A DNA stretch of 64,000 nucleotides from Cyanobacteria bacterium P01_D01_bin.156 (GCA_039024555.1 JBCCQQ010000001.1:288001-352000); one strand, 5' to 3'. Counted from the stretch's first letter, positions 40,194 to 51,989 are shown. The notes: generated by a model from the letters alone, not told the origin. Translations and numbers: made by a program.

Positions 40194-43121
40194 CTAGTTC
40201 ACCAGTTCTTCTTCTAAATCCCGTAAAATCGTTGAGCCGCCTGATGAGCGTTTAGGATTAAACACAGCTTCTAAAGACTCTTCTAATGTAGGTGCCATGG
40301 CAATACGATTTTGATAGGCGACAATCACCCGCGCTAAAATCGGTAGCCGATTTTGTTCTGCTTCTAGATACAACGGTTCCACATACAGCAGCGAATCTTC
40401 AATGGGAATCACTAACAGATTTCCTTGATTTGCACGAGAGCCTTGGGTATTCCAAAGAGAAATTCGTTGGGAGATTTCTGGATCTTGGTTAATCCGTGCC
40501 TCAATTTGTTCAGGACCATACACTAGCTCCTGTTTTGGAAAGCGGTACAACAAAATACGCCCATACTGATTACCATCGGAACGTGCCGCTAGCCAAGCAA
40601 TTAGGTTATTGCGCTGAGCGGGCGTAAAGGGCCGCAATAAGACAAATTCTTCCTCTGCTTCTTCAGGCAGCTTCATAATCAAGTAGTAGGGTTCTACTAC
40701 TTGGGATTCATTGGCATAGATTTCATTGGGAGCTCGCCAGGTATCTTCTCGATTGTAGAAAATCCGTGGATCGGTCATGTGATAGACCAACAGCTGATTG
40801 GACTGAACTAAGGAATAGTCTTCGGGATAGCGAATATGGGCAGCTAAAGCCGGGGGCATGGACTCCAGAGGCTGCAACATATCAGGAAATAACCGCGCCC
40901 AGGTTTGAATAATGGGGTCAGTGGGGTCAGCAATATAAAATGCGACTGAACCGTTATAGGCATCTACTACGACTTTGATCGAGTTGCGGATATAGTTAAA
41001 CGGCTGGCCACCAGGGTCTGAATAGGGATAGCGATCGCTAGTGGTATAGGCATCAACAACCCAGTACAGGTAATTGCCCTCCGAGTCCACCGGGTTAGAA
41101 GCATCGGATGCAGATTGGGCGTTGGCATCGGCCACCACCAGATAGGGATCACTATCAAACTGAAGAAAAGGAGCAATTTCTTTAATGCGCTCTTGAATAT
41201 TGCGACGAAACAACAACTTCGTCTCAGCTGTAAAGTCACCAGTAAACAACATCTGCCAATCGGTCAGGTGCTTGGCAAACAACAAACGTCGCCAAAAGGC
41301 ACCTAAACCAATGCCCCCTTCGCCAGCGTAGGTGGTATACACGTTATCGTTTTCGCTGGGATAGTCTAGCTCCGGCACCTTTGTCCCGGTCATTACATAG
41401 TTATCGGTGAGTTCCCCAAAGTAAATTCGGGGCCGTCCAATCGGAATACTGCGGGCCACATCCTCATTGCTAGGGGCGTGGGCAATATCTTTAATAAAGT
41501 AGTCTGGTAGACCGCCGATCGCGGCTGTATTGACTGGGCTCATGGTAAACCCATAGCCGTGAGTGTAGCTCAAGTGCTTATTCACCCAGGTTTTAGCCGT
41601 GTCTTCTAGTTGCTCATAGTTGAGTTCACGGGCTGAAATCAGTACCTGGCGGCGTTCAGTCGTACCGTCGCTCTTTATCAACGTATACCGATCTACATCA
41701 GCATCCACAAATTCATAGTAGAGACGGATTTGCTGTAGCTGACGATTACTTTCTAGCAAAGGTCGGGTATCCCAAATGCGAATATTACGCACTGTCAGAT
41801 CGTTCTCTTCTAGCTTCTCGATAGTTAAGGTGCTTTTAGGATCAAAACTCTCTTCTTGAATATCTTTCAAATTAAAGGCATCTCGTGTAAAGGCGATAGC
41901 CCGCTCAATGTAGGGACGTTCTCGCTGAAACTCGTTTGGCTGTACTACTAACCGCTGCACTAGCCAGGGAGCAACACTCTCTCCAATGATGGCAACAGCG
42001 AGATAGGTAACCATGAGAACAATAAACGAAGGTAGCCGCTGCCGAGAAAGATGACGTTTATACCCAAACAGAGAACGGCCAAAGGCAACGAGTGCTAGAA
42101 CCAGGGTAATAATCGTAAGGGCCACCTGCACAGGTAAACCCACGTTCACATCAGTATAGCTGGCTCCATAGGTAACCCCCTGCTGGGAGTAGAGGAGCTC
42201 ATAGCAATTGAGCCAATGGCCCATAGCGGTAACCAACAACAGCCCTCCAGCCAAAACATACAAATGGCGCTGCTGGGGTGCAGAAAATCCAAGAAAGCGT
42301 CCCTGACTGAGGCTTTTGCCCGCTAACAAATACACCAGGAGAACAGCTACTAAGCTAAACCAAAACAGCCCGGAGAGCCAGAACTCTATCAGTTCTAAAA
42401 CAGGCAGTCTAAAAATGTAAAAACTAATATCTTGGTTGAAGAGGGGATCGCTCTGGCCAAAGCTAGTGGGGTTAAGGGCGGGTAGCACCCGTGACCATTG
42501 GGAAGACAGCACCACCCCAAAGCTGAGGCTTAGAAATAGGATTGAGAGCGCACTACTGATGTGGGGATACACGACAAACCCCAGCATGGCCAACAGCAAG
42601 AGTGCTCCCTGCCAGGGCTGTGTAACTACTACCTGCTGAGCCACCCGCCAAGCGGTATCGACATTGAGCCACAGGGGTAAGGGGGGCAGAGACTCGGCAC
42701 CATTCGCATGCCAGCGGAGCAGAGCCAACTGGCCATGGTAAAACACCAGCACCGCCAGCAGTAGGGCTAACCCCAGTGCCAGCGGCAACAGCTGCCGTAA
42801 CCCAATCCCCCGGCGACGGTTTTCATCACTGGGTACAACGCAGTAGTTCTCGAACTCTAGGCGTCTTGCTAACCATAGGTTTATCCCTGCAAATACAAAA
42901 CTGCCGATCAATGAGATCGCACCCAGAGCCCCTTGGGTCACTAACCGCAGCCAGAATGCCTCTAGGTAGTCCACCGACTGAAACCATAGCCCTTCCGCCA
43001 CAAAGTAGGTAACGATATCTAAGCTGAGGATCAGTGCGATCGCAGCCAGGCCCCAGGGCTGCCAACGAATACTGACAGATATACCAGATTTAGGTTGAGC
43101 TCGTTCCTGCACCGTCGCCAT
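40194..43121 (-). CDS. UPF0182-family membrane protein
   Basis: LWFQSVDY, DPLFNQDISFYIFRLP, NIRIWD, YTHGYG and NYIRNSIKVVVDAYNG. Start at 43121 or 43148. Confidence 0.93.
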   Translation of the reverse strand: MATVQERAQPKSGISVSIRWQPWGLAAIALILSLDIVTYFVAEGLWFQSVDYLEAFWLRLVTQGALGAISLIGSFVFAGINLWLARRLEFENYCVVPSDENRRRGIGLRQLLPLALGLALLLAVLVFYHGQLALLRWHANGAESLPPLPLWLNVDTAWRVAQQVVVTQPWQGALLLLAMLGFVVYPHISSALSILFLSLSFGVVLSSQWSRVLPALNPTSFGQSDPLFNQDISFYIFRLPVLELIEFWLSGLFWFSLVAVLLVYLLAGKSLSQGRFLGFSAPQQRHLYVLAGGLLLVTAMGHWLNCYELLYSQQGVTYGASYTDVNVGLPVQVALTIITLVLALVAFGRSLFGYKRHLSRQRLPSFIVLMVTYLAVAIIGESVAPWLVQRLVVQPNEFQRERPYIERAIAFTRDAFNLKDIQEESFDPKSTLTIEKLEENDLTVRNIRIWDTRPLLESNRQLQQIRLYYEFVDADVDRYTLIKSDGTTERRQVLISARELNYEQLEDTAKTWVNKHLSYTHGYGFTMSPVNTAAIGGLPDYFIKDIAHAPSNEDVARSIPIGRPRIYFGELTDNYVMTGTKVPELDYPSENDNVYTTYAGEGGIGLGAFWRRLLFAKHLTDWQMLFTGDFTAETKLLFRRNIQERIKEIAPFLQFDSDPYLVVADANAQSASDASNPVDSEGNYLYWVVDAYTTSDRYPYSDPGGQPFNYIRNSIKVVVDAYNGSVAFYIADPTDPIIQTWARLFPDMLQPLESMPPALAAHIRYPEDYSLVQSNQLLVYHMTDPRIFYNREDTWRAPNEIYANESQVVEPYYLIMKLPEEAEEEFVLLRPFTPAQRNNLIAWLAARSDGNQYGRILLYRFPKQELVYGPEQIEARINQDPEISQRISLWNTQGSRANQGNLLVIPIEDSLLYVEPLYLEAEQNRLPILARVIVAYQNRIAMAPTLEESLEAVFNPKRSSGGSTILRDLEEELVN

Positions 43122-43190
43122 GGCCGCATCCAAAATAAGCGCTTTCACTCTAGCGTAGCGGACCTAATTACGTCTCAATCCATAATTCCA

Positions 43191-44156
43191 TCAAAGCAGA
43201 CCAAACACAGTCCCCATAAACCAAGCATAGAGTAACAGAAACAACCAGCCTTCCCAGGTAGTAATCTTGTTATCCTGCACAATAAAAAACATCAGTAGCG
43301 AGGCCGCCAGTAGTGTCGGCACACTGTGGGTCAACAGCGACTCCGAGACCGGTAACGACGCCACCATCCCCGGAATCCCGATCACCACAAAGATATTAAA
43401 AATATTTGAGCCAACAACATTCCCCACTGCCAGCTCCGCCTTATCTTTGAAAGCAGCATTAATCGTAACCATGAGCTCTGGCAATGAAGTTCCAATGGCC
43501 ACAGCACTAATGGCGATAATCTCTCTTCCTATATTTAGTCGGTCAGAAATTTTAATCAATGAATCAATGGTGTAATTAGCCCCCAGAAAGATAAAAATTC
43601 CACTCACGACTAATATCAACAAGTAGCGAGCAATCTGAGATGTACGATTAGCCATCTCGGTATTCGATTGCCCATCATCCGACGTATTAGCCTCCTCACT
43701 ACTTTTTAGAATGTAGAAAAGATAAACGATGTAACCCAAAAAAAGGATTAGCGCTTCTCCTCGGGAGAATCGTTGATCCGATGTCCCCATGAGGGCGAAC
43801 AAAAATGCCGAGCCCACAAACAGCGGCAGGTCCACACTGATGAGGTTGTACATCACCCGTAGGAGTTTTCGGCTCATAATGGCGGCAGTCCCCACCACCA
43901 AACAAATGTTGGCAATGTTAGAACCAATCACATTGCTGGCCACCACCTCTGAGGCCCCTTGAAAAATCCCAAACAGAGACGACAAGAGCTCTGGTAGTGA
44001 CGTCCCCATCGAGACAATCGTCACCCCCACAATAAAAGGCGGAAGCCCCATAGCTAGACCTAATTTTTCAGCAGCATCGGTAAAAAAGTCCGAAGCAATT
44101 ACTAATGCGGCTAGACCAACAACAAAAATCAGTAACAGGAGCGGCAGAGAATCCAT
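43191..44156 (-). CDS. Ca2+/Na+ antiporter (YrbG-like)
   Basis: Two alpha repeats GTSLPEL...GSNI. Confidence 0.93.
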   Translation of the reverse strand: MDSLPLLLLIFVVGLAALVIASDFFTDAAEKLGLAMGLPPFIVGVTIVSMGTSLPELLSSLFGIFQGASEVVASNVIGSNIANICLVVGTAAIMSRKLLRVMYNLISVDLPLFVGSAFLFALMGTSDQRFSRGEALILFLGYIVYLFYILKSSEEANTSDDGQSNTEMANRTSQIARYLLILVVSGIFIFLGANYTIDSLIKISDRLNIGREIIAISAVAIGTSLPELMVTINAAFKDKAELAVGNVVGSNIFNIFVVIGIPGMVASLPVSESLLTHSVPTLLAASLLMFFIVQDNKITTWEGWLFLLLYAWFMGTVFGLL

Positions 44157-44467
44157 AGGGTAAAAAACAGCGTTGCATTGTCTAAATCAGCAACGGCATA
44201 AGGACAGATTGAGTGCTTGATGATCAGGCTCACCATCCTACCGGAGATATTAGGCCACAGCTTATCAATGTCATCGATCAGCAATGCGACAACCTAGCAC
44301 ATGTTTACAGTTCCCTAGGAAACCAAGCAAGTCTGATGACCACACAAATAGAATTTGGAAGTTCGGAATTCGGAGTCATGAAATCATCCCCATGGGCTGC
44401 TGTTCGGCACAACCTAGGATTTCCCTTTAAAATCCTAGGTGGACTTTTATATACGAGTATTCCCCCT

Positions 44468-45127
44468 ATGCTTGCCGCGAGTCAGCGTCAGAAACTTGAC
44501 GAAGCTAACGATTCTTTGTTTTATTCTGCCCCCCGCTTTGTAACCCACGTTGATGAACGGTTTATTGAACAGCTAACTGAGCTCTATCAAGAACGACTCC
44601 AGCCCAACAGCTGTATCCTCGACATGATGAGTAGTTGGGTTTCCCATCTGCCCTCGGATATGGAATTTTCTAGGGTGGAAGGCCATGGCATGAACATCGA
44701 AGAGCTCGCTAAAAACCCCCGATTAGATAGCTACTTTGTACAGAACCTGAACAACAATCAAACGCTTCCCTTTGAAGACCGAACCTTCGATGCTGTCCTC
44801 AACACGGTATCTGTACAGTATTTGCAATATCCCGAAGCTATTTTTGCCGAAATTTACCGGGTCCTGAAACCTGGTGGCATTGCCATCGTTAGCTTTTCTA
44901 ATCGGATGTTTTACCAGAAAGCGATCGCAGCCTGGCGTGATAGCAGCGATGCCAGCCACATTGCACTGGTTAAGCAGTATTTTGAATCTGTCAAAGGCTT
45001 TAGTCGGCCCGAAGTTGTCGCCAACCAGGGGCCAGCCATGAACCCCTTGCTACAGATGATGGGCATGGCCAGCAGCGATCCGTTTTATGCAGTGATTGCC
45101 GAACGGATGGAAGTTCTGGTCAGCTAA
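44468..45127 (+). CDS. Class I SAM-dependent methyltransferase
   Basis: FYSAPRFVTHVD, LDMMSSWVSHLP and SFSNRMF. ATG 44468 preferred. Confidence 0.88.
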   Translation: MLAASQRQKLDEANDSLFYSAPRFVTHVDERFIEQLTELYQERLQPNSCILDMMSSWVSHLPSDMEFSRVEGHGMNIEELAKNPRLDSYFVQNLNNNQTLPFEDRTFDAVLNTVSVQYLQYPEAIFAEIYRVLKPGGIAIVSFSNRMFYQKAIAAWRDSSDASHIALVKQYFESVKGFSRPEVVANQGPAMNPLLQMMGMASSDPFYAVIAERMEVLVS

Positions 45128-45150
45128 GCTAGCAAAACCTTTAGGCAGTT

Positions 45151-47058
45151 CTACGGATGACTGACTGCCAGTCGATTGCGCTGATCAATTTTATAAATCG
45201 CCCAGCCAGCCTCTGAGTCAACAAGTGTACCTTGTAAATCGGGATGCCACTCAGGTCGAGTCAGAATATAGTCAGCATTGAATTCCCGAGCTGCCCGTAC
45301 CAGTTCACTTGCAGTCCTCTCAGCAAACAACTTGTCCATATTATGCCGATTAAGCGGCAACTTAAACGAGCCAAGAACTCTAGTCAAACGCCGAGACCAT
45401 TCCTCATATCCCGCATCTGTAAATGGAGAACTATATAAATTAAATACAACGGAGCGCTGAGAATAAAAGCGAAAAGTTGTCATCGAGGGCGGCGTTAAAA
45501 CTAGTGCATCTGCACTACTAATTGTTTGAAACCTAGAAGCTAGGCGAGTTAAGCTATCTGTTTTATGCTTGTATATGGTAATTCGCTCATTAACAATTTT
45601 AGAGAATGGAGCAGGGAGTTGTTCAAATACAGCCAGCCCCAAGATACCCACTAAACCGAAGGCTCCTGCCAAGAATAATCTAGTGGACTTACTACCCCAT
45701 TTTCTCAACCACTTTGCATAGTTGGCCTCTACCCATGTGGGCAACAGCAGCGCAGACATTAGCATAAGCGGCATCAACAGATTTAACCATATTTCTTCAG
45801 CATCTATGGGCTGAGGGTAAGCTGCCAGCAATAGAATTGAGATGCCTAACATTGCCCGGGAGGAAAATCGTGTGACTTTCTGCAGTAGCTCAGAATAGCG
45901 ATTATCCACCAGATTAATCGCTATTGCCATCACCAACATCAACATGCCTCCATTGTGTAGCCCAGGGATAATCAACAGAGCAACAGCAAGAGATTTATCG
46001 CCTTTCTTCCAGTACTCACTGGCCAAGATCGCCACAACAATTAGTATCATCAGCTGTGCAAAAGGAGTGGTTCTTGCCAACTGAAGCTTTGCAAATGTAG
46101 CCAACGGATAAACTTCTACAAATAAATAGCCCCACAGCAACCCTATTAAGGACCCAATCACAACTAGACCCAGCCTAACTTTGTCTTCTCTACCGATGCG
46201 CTTGACACGCAACAGATATAAAAAGCCTGCTGAGATAAAACAGACAAAATTACGCCATGTGCGTCCAGGCCAATGGGTCGGAAGAATATGATGCGGATGC
46301 CGAATGTACCCATATAAGTAAATAAATTCTTCATTGCTGATCAGCCCTGTTCCTGTCTTACCCATAAGCACCATGGGAACATAAACTAGCCCCGCAAAGC
46401 CGATGAGTATGCTCAATGGGGGGAGCACCATTATCATTTTTTTATGGCGCCAGGCATCTAAAAACAACAATGGCACCATGAGACCTGCTGGCAAGAGCCC
46501 CACTAGAAACTGAATCATACAGGCAACTCCAAACAAGCTGTAGCCCCATATCCAGCGTCGCGCCAAACAAAAGTATACTCCCCATATAACAAGTCCCATC
46601 GCAAAAATAGCGGGGATAGGCTCACTTCTAAAGAGAGACACATAGCCAACGGTGCCATCTACAGCTGTGAATCCCAGGAAACATAGTCCTACAGCTGTCA
46701 ACCGATTCTTACCAAAGAATAATCCAATGGAATATAGACCTATAAGATAACTTGCAAATGCCGCAATATAAGCACCGAAATAAACAGTAGGCAGACTTTT
46801 AATAATTTTGGCAAAAGCAAACATCAGATACTGATAGTAGTATCTGGGTGTCATTTGTAAGGCATCTTGTACGTAATAATCGTTACTATAGGCCCCTGCC
46901 TTTAGAAGTGCCACAATGGGAGGCATTTCAATAAGCGTATTAGAAGTCGGAAATTTATACCCAACTGCAATCAGCGCCACTGCAACAACAATGATATAGG
47001 TTGGCACAGCCATACTACGGGGTAACCGGCCAACTTGCTCAATATTCTCTTGATTCAT
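45151..47058 (-). CDS. Polytopic membrane protein, DUF6798-like (possible GT-C-type glycosyltransferase)
   Basis: Many TMs, NDYYV near the N-terminus, YIRHPHH, and C-terminal FRFYSQRSVV...EWSRRL. Confidence 0.65.
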   Translation of the reverse strand: MNQENIEQVGRLPRSMAVPTYIIVVAVALIAVGYKFPTSNTLIEMPPIVALLKAGAYSNDYYVQDALQMTPRYYYQYLMFAFAKIIKSLPTVYFGAYIAAFASYLIGLYSIGLFFGKNRLTAVGLCFLGFTAVDGTVGYVSLFRSEPIPAIFAMGLVIWGVYFCLARRWIWGYSLFGVACMIQFLVGLLPAGLMVPLLFLDAWRHKKMIMVLPPLSILIGFAGLVYVPMVLMGKTGTGLISNEEFIYLYGYIRHPHHILPTHWPGRTWRNFVCFISAGFLYLLRVKRIGREDKVRLGLVVIGSLIGLLWGYLFVEVYPLATFAKLQLARTTPFAQLMILIVVAILASEYWKKGDKSLAVALLIIPGLHNGGMLMLVMAIAINLVDNRYSELLQKVTRFSSRAMLGISILLLAAYPQPIDAEEIWLNLLMPLMLMSALLLPTWVEANYAKWLRKWGSKSTRLFLAGAFGLVGILGLAVFEQLPAPFSKIVNERITIYKHKTDSLTRLASRFQTISSADALVLTPPSMTTFRFYSQRSVVFNLYSSPFTDAGYEEWSRRLTRVLGSFKLPLNRHNMDKLFAERTASELVRAAREFNADYILTRPEWHPDLQGTLVDSEAGWAIYKIDQRNRLAVSHP

Positions 47059-47322
47059 GGAATGATCTCAACTGGATCCGACTGTTGGTATGGTTCAAGC
47101 AACAGTAGATGATACTGCAGTCACAACAGCATCAGAAATAAAACAACTTGGTCAACGACCACATTCAGCATGCCCCGAGACATAGTGGGTCTACCAAAGT
47201 AGCGAGACTACCGTTTTGGTGTATTAACCTCTGATTCAGATTGCTCAGGAATAACCCCCGTATCACCAGCCAGAACACTCTCCGTGAAGCTTAGAGATAG
47301 GTCGCACTTATGCTACAGATCT

Positions 47323-47937
47323 TCACTGCTTGCCATAAGCCTTCCAAGCCAGATCAATCAGACCATTAAAAATGGCTACTGCCACGACCGTACTTCCCTT
47401 TCGGCCTCCAATGCATATACTAGGCATTAGACTGTCTTTCAAGCGAGATTTGGTCACCTCCGCTTCCAAAAAACCAGCGGGGGTAGCAATCACCAACGCT
47501 GGTCGAATCACATCGGTTTCAATCAGCTGTACCAAATTATCCAGGGCTGGTTGAGAATGGCCAATCACAAAGATCGCTTCTGGATATCGCCGCGCTAGGG
47601 TTTCTATTCCCCATGCAGCCTTAGAATGCTCTTTTTGCGGTCGGGTAATGGCATCCATAGCGCTGTACACCGGATTCGCAAAGGTGGCCTGCAACCTGGG
47701 TGTAATACCTGCCTGGGCCATGGGACCATCCACAATAACTGTAGTGCGGGCGGCCAAAGCCGCTGCCCCCGAAGGTAGCGCTTGGTCAGAAAACTGAATT
47801 AGATCCTTATATTCGTAGTCAGCAGTGGCATAGATAACGCGACGCACAATTTCATACTCAGCGGGAGCGAATGTATGTTGACCTATTTCTTGATCAATGA
47901 TGCGTAAACTCTGGGCGTCGGTAATGTGCCATTCCAT
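47323..47937 (-). CDS. cobH: Precorrin-8X methylmutase-like (CobH/CbiC family)
   Basis: SLRIIDQEI, RRVIYATAD, PALVIATPAGF and GRKGSTVVAVAIFNGL. Confidence 0.8.
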   Translation of the reverse strand: MEWHITDAQSLRIIDQEIGQHTFAPAEYEIVRRVIYATADYEYKDLIQFSDQALPSGAAALAARTTVIVDGPMAQAGITPRLQATFANPVYSAMDAITRPQKEHSKAAWGIETLARRYPEAIFVIGHSQPALDNLVQLIETDVIRPALVIATPAGFLEAEVTKSRLKDSLMPSICIGGRKGSTVVAVAIFNGLIDLAWKAYGKQ

Positions 47938-48418
47938 ATAGAGTGCTTGTTTTGCCAGTCTCAATAGACTAGCATCGTCAGCCGATTTTCCAGCATGTTA
48001 GCTAGGGCAATCATCGACATCAAATATTTATATCTAGGATTTTTTCATCTCAGTCCTGATTTAAAGCAAAGAGATTTCCTGCAAGGAAACCATTGAATAA
48101 GTAAAAATGCTTACTCTCAAGAACTTATGCCGCAAGGCTTTAGGGCCATTTGACAAGCATGATTTATTGATTTTAGCCTTATCCAAATCAGGTTAAGTGA
48201 CGATAGATCGGTCGTTCCACGTCATGTATACAGTAGGAAAGGTGCCCCCTTGGTCTGATATTCTTGAAGCTATCAAAGGCGCTCAAATAATCTTAATACC
48301 GCTGTTGAGGATAAGTCTGGAAAGCGGCCATGGGATTTGGCAGTGCCTCCCCAGAGCTATATCCCGAAAAGCAGCGGCATCGTCTTGGTAACAGCAGGCA
48401 GTTTGGAGGAAATACGCA

Positions 48419-49456
48419 GTGGAAAGTACCCTCGGATTAGAAATTATTGAAGTTGTCGAGCAGGCTGCGATCGCATCTGCTCGCTGGATGGGTAAAGGTG
48501 AAAAGGACATCGCTGACGAGGTAGCTGTAGAAGCTATGCGTGAGCGCATGAATAAGATTCACATGCGCGGCAAAATCGTTATCGGTGAAGGTGAGCGCGA
48601 CGATGCACCCATGCTTTACATCGGTGAAGAAGTGGGCATCTGCACCCAGCCCGATGCTGAGAAAGTATGCAACCCCGAAGAGCTAATTGAAATCGACATT
48701 GCTGTTGACCCCTGCGAAGGTACTAACCTTTGTGCTTACGGTCAGCCTGGCTCCATGGCTGTACTCGCTATCTCTGAAAAGGGTGGTTTGTTTGCAGCAC
48801 CTGACTTCTACATGAATAAGCTAGCTGCTCCCCCAGCGGCTAAAGGCAAAGTAGATATTACCAAGTCTGCCACCGAGAACCTCAAGATTTTGGGTGAGTG
48901 CCTAGATCGCGCCATCGACGAGCTTGTAGTTGTAGTTATGAAGCGTTCTCGCCACGATGACCTAATTAAAGAAATTCGTGATGCCGGTGCTCGTGTTCGC
49001 CTGATTAGCGACGGTGACGTCTCTGCTGCTATCTCCTGTGGTTTCTCTGGTACTAACACCCACGCCCTGATGGGTATTGGTGCTGCACCTGAAGGGGTAA
49101 TTTCTGCAGCGGCCATGCGCTGCTTGGGCGGTCACTTCCAGGGCCAGCTAATCTACGATCCTGCTATCGTAAAGACCGGTCTGATTGGTGAGAGCAAGGA
49201 AGCTAACCTAGAGCGTCTAGCATCCATGGGCATCACTGACCCTGATAAGATCTATAGTGCTGAAGAACTCGCCTGTGGTGAGACTGTTCTGTTTGCTGGC
49301 TGCGGTATCACTCCTGGCCTACTAATGAATGGCGTGCGCTTCTTTAAGGGCGGTGCTCGTACTCAAACATTGGTTATTTCTAACCAGTCCAAGACTGCTC
49401 GCTTTGTGGACACTATCCACATGGCAGATAACCCCAGCTACGTCTCCTTGAAATAG
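48419..49456 (+). CDS. glpX: Bifunctional FBPase/SBPase, class II
   Basis: [30 protein letters not shown] and GAAPEGV; GGAG SD with GTG start. Confidence 0.98.
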   Translation: MESTLGLEIIEVVEQAAIASARWMGKGEKDIADEVAVEAMRERMNKIHMRGKIVIGEGERDDAPMLYIGEEVGICTQPDAEKVCNPEELIEIDIAVDPCEGTNLCAYGQPGSMAVLAISEKGGLFAAPDFYMNKLAAPPAAKGKVDITKSATENLKILGECLDRAIDELVVVVMKRSRHDDLIKEIRDAGARVRLISDGDVSAAISCGFSGTNTHALMGIGAAPEGVISAAAMRCLGGHFQGQLIYDPAIVKTGLIGESKEANLERLASMGITDPDKIYSAEELACGETVLFAGCGITPGLLMNGVRFFKGGARTQTLVISNQSKTARFVDTIHMADNPSYVSLK

Positions 49457-49471
49457 CCCTTAGACTCAAGG

Positions 49472-49565
49472 GTCCCCTCCTGGGAGGGGCAGTGGGGTGG
49501 GTTTCGACACCCATTAGGCTAGATCGACTAAGCCCACCCCGCCCTTGGGACATCCCTCCGAGGGC
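49472..49565. repeat. Palindromic small dispersed repeat
   Basis: CCCCTCC-tg-GGAGGGG; GGGGTGGGTTT / AAGCCCACCCC; GCCCTTGG...CCGAGGGC. Confidence 0.75.
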
Positions 49566-49595
49566 AAGATTAGCTCGGAAATATCTTCTGCAAAT

Positions 49596-49629
49596 AACAC
49601 TCTGGCTGTTGACAAATGGTCAGAGTGTT
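49596..49629 (+). terminator. Hairpin downstream of glpX
   Basis: AACACTCTGGCTGTT-gaca-AATGGTCAGAGTGTT with G-U pairs on the + strand. Confidence 0.6.
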
Positions 49630-49843
49630 CTTGTGTCTATATGTCATTTGGTAACGGTTGGCACCATTTGATGGACTTTTGTTGAGAAACCTTGAGTTGG
49701 GGTAGGTTTTTCTCTAATTTCAATAGGGAGCGGTCACTGGCGCGGTATCGCTAGAACGCTGACTCTATAAATGTTAAAACCAATCAGTAAAGCGAGCGTC
49801 CGGCACGTCGGGCTTTTAATAAAGGATCTTTTTGGGAGGAAGA

Positions 49844-51133
49844 ATGAATATTGCCGTTATTGGCCTTAGCCATAAGACTGCACCGGTCGAGGTTCGCGAA
49901 AAGCTTAGTATTCCAACACCTAAGATTGAGGGTGCGATCGCAAGACTCACCAGCTATCCCCACGTTAGAGAAGTCTCAATTCTTAGCACCTGCAACCGCC
50001 TCGAGCTACACGTAGTCCTTAGCGACACCGAGAACGGTATTCGGGAAGTTACCCAATTTTTGGCCGAGTACGGCGAAGTTCCTGTAGAAGCATTACGCCC
50101 CCACCTATTTATCTTGGTTCAGCAGGATGCCATCATGCATCTACTGCGCGTTTCCTCAGGTCTAGATAGTCTGGTTCTGGGCGAAGGGCAGATTCTGGCC
50201 CAAGTGAAACACGCCTTAGCCGAAAGCCAAAAGCATCAGGGCGTTGGTCGTGTGCTTAGCCGCCTGTTTAAAGACGCCATCAAAACCGGTAAGCGTGTGC
50301 GCACCGAAACTAGCATTGGCACTGGTGCTGTTTCCGTTAGTTCTGCCGCTGCCGAGCTAGCCCAAATGAAGGTGCCCGACTTTACCAACTGCCATATCAC
50401 CATTATTGGTGCGGGTAAAATGGGTCGCCTGTTGGTTAAGCACCTCGTATCCAAGCGGGCTGTTAACATCACCCTGCTTAACCGCAGCATCCAGCGGGCC
50501 GATGACTTAGCGGCTGACTATAGCCACGTAGATATTAAAACCGGCACCATGGAGAAAATGGACGCCGCTGTCACGAAGGCCGATATCGTCTTCACCTGTA
50601 CGTCTTCTGAGGAGCCCGTTCTCCATAAGGACAATGTGCAGTCCTGTTTAGCCGGTCGTCCTCTTAGCCTGTTTGATATTTCTGTGCCCCGTAACGTGCA
50701 TAAGAATGTGGAGGAGCTGGACGGAGTAAAGTCCTACACCGTGGATGACCTCAAGGAAGTAGTGGCTAAAAATCAGGAAAGCCGTCGCCAGATGGCCCAG
50801 GAAGCGGAAGGCATCTTAGATCAGGAACTAAACCAGTTCGTAAAGTGGTGGAAGTCTCTAGATACGGTAGCTACTATCAGCAGTCTACGTACTAAGGTAG
50901 AAGCCATTCGTGAGCAGGAGCTGGAGAAAGCCCTGTCTCGCCTAGGTGCTGATTTTTCGGATAAGCACCGCAATGTAGTGGAAGCCCTGTCTCGCGGCAT
51001 TGTAAACAAGATTCTGCATGACCCCATGACCCAACTACGGGCACAGGAAGATACTGAATCGCGTAAGCAGGCGATGGAGACGCTACAGGTATTGTTTAAT
51101 CTGGAAGAGAAAAAGGCTGCAGCGAAGCGTTAA
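49844..51133 (+). CDS. hemA: Glutamyl-tRNA reductase
   Basis: [35 protein letters not shown] and GAGKMG; GGAGG SD. Confidence 0.98.
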   Translation: MNIAVIGLSHKTAPVEVREKLSIPTPKIEGAIARLTSYPHVREVSILSTCNRLELHVVLSDTENGIREVTQFLAEYGEVPVEALRPHLFILVQQDAIMHLLRVSSGLDSLVLGEGQILAQVKHALAESQKHQGVGRVLSRLFKDAIKTGKRVRTETSIGTGAVSVSSAAAELAQMKVPDFTNCHITIIGAGKMGRLLVKHLVSKRAVNITLLNRSIQRADDLAADYSHVDIKTGTMEKMDAAVTKADIVFTCTSSEEPVLHKDNVQSCLAGRPLSLFDISVPRNVHKNVEELDGVKSYTVDDLKEVVAKNQESRRQMAQEAEGILDQELNQFVKWWKSLDTVATISSLRTKVEAIREQELEKALSRLGADFSDKHRNVVEALSRGIVNKILHDPMTQLRAQEDTESRKQAMETLQVLFNLEEKKAAAKR

Positions 51134-51189
51134 TCGTCTCTACAGTTAGAAATTCTCAGCTAAGCCATTCCTCTGCAATTAAGATAAAG

Positions 51190-51218
51190 GAGCTAAGCAC
51201 TTGCTTAGCTCTTTTTTT
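51190..51218 (+). terminator. Intrinsic terminator after hemA
   Basis: GAGCTAAGCA-ct-TGCTTAGCTC followed by T7. Confidence 0.85.
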
Positions 51219-51257
51219 GTGCGATCGCACTTTCTTCCCCCGCTAGCTCCCCAGATT

Positions 51258-51989
51258 ATGCTGCTCAAACCCTTTCGCCGCTTTATTCCTCTTTTATTGC
51301 TAGTCTTTACCCTCGGATGCACTCAGGTTAATACAGCAGCAACCACAAACAGCATTTATAGCTATAAACAACCCAGCAGTGACGGCATTGGCAAAGTATA
51401 TATGGGGCGGGAAATTTCCCAGGTTATGGGTCATCAGGGAGCTTACTGGTTAGAGCGCCCCAGCCGAGAAGCCGAAGAACGTCCAGATATGGCGATAGAT
51501 GCCCTAGGGTTAAAACCAACTGATACCGTAGCTGACATTGGGGCAGGGACGGGCTATATGAGTTTTCGCATGGCTCGTAAAGTTCCAGATGGTCAGGTCC
51601 TTGCAGTGGACCTACAACCAGAAATGATTCAGCTATTGGAAGAAACACGGGATGAGCAAGGCGTTACTAATTTGACAACCATCCAAGCGGAAGAAAACAA
51701 TCCGCATCTGCCAGCAGGACAGGTCGACCTAGTGCTGATGGTGGACGCGTATCACGAGTTTGAGTCTCCCCGGGAAGTCATGACTGGTGTCGTGGAGGGA
51801 TTAAAACCCGATGGCCAAGTAGTACTGGCCGAATATCGAGCCGAGAATCCGCTAATTATGATCAAGCGGCTACACAAGATGAGCGAGAAACAAGTAAAAA
51901 AAGAGATGGCGGCAGTCGGGCTAACCTGGGTCAAAACCGATGAACGCTTACCTCAACAACACTTGTTGTTTTTTCAGAAAGTAGCGTGA
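51258..51989 (+). CDS. SAM-dependent methyltransferase with lipoprotein-like signal
   Basis: LVFTLGC lipobox-like, YMGREISQVMGH, ADIGAGTG and MVDAYHEF. Confidence 0.9.
   Translation: MLLKPFRRFIPLLLLVFTLGCTQVNTAATTNSIYSYKQPSSDGIGKVYMGREISQVMGHQGAYWLERPSREAEERPDMAIDALGLKPTDTVADIGAGTGYMSFRMARKVPDGQVLAVDLQPEMIQLLEETRDEQGVTNLTTIQAEENNPHLPAGQVDLVLMVDAYHEFESPREVMTGVVEGLKPDGQVVLAEYRAENPLIMIKRLHKMSEKQVKKEMAAVGLTWVKTDERLPQQHLLFFQKVA

Noticed and set aside
44213..44467. N-terminal extension of the methyltransferase ORF
   Set aside because: Runs through intergenic heptamer repeats; family similarity begins at ATG 44468.
51201..51257. TTG start of the methyltransferase in the ORF track
   Set aside because: Lies inside the hemA terminator hairpin; ATG 51258 gives a clean signal peptide.
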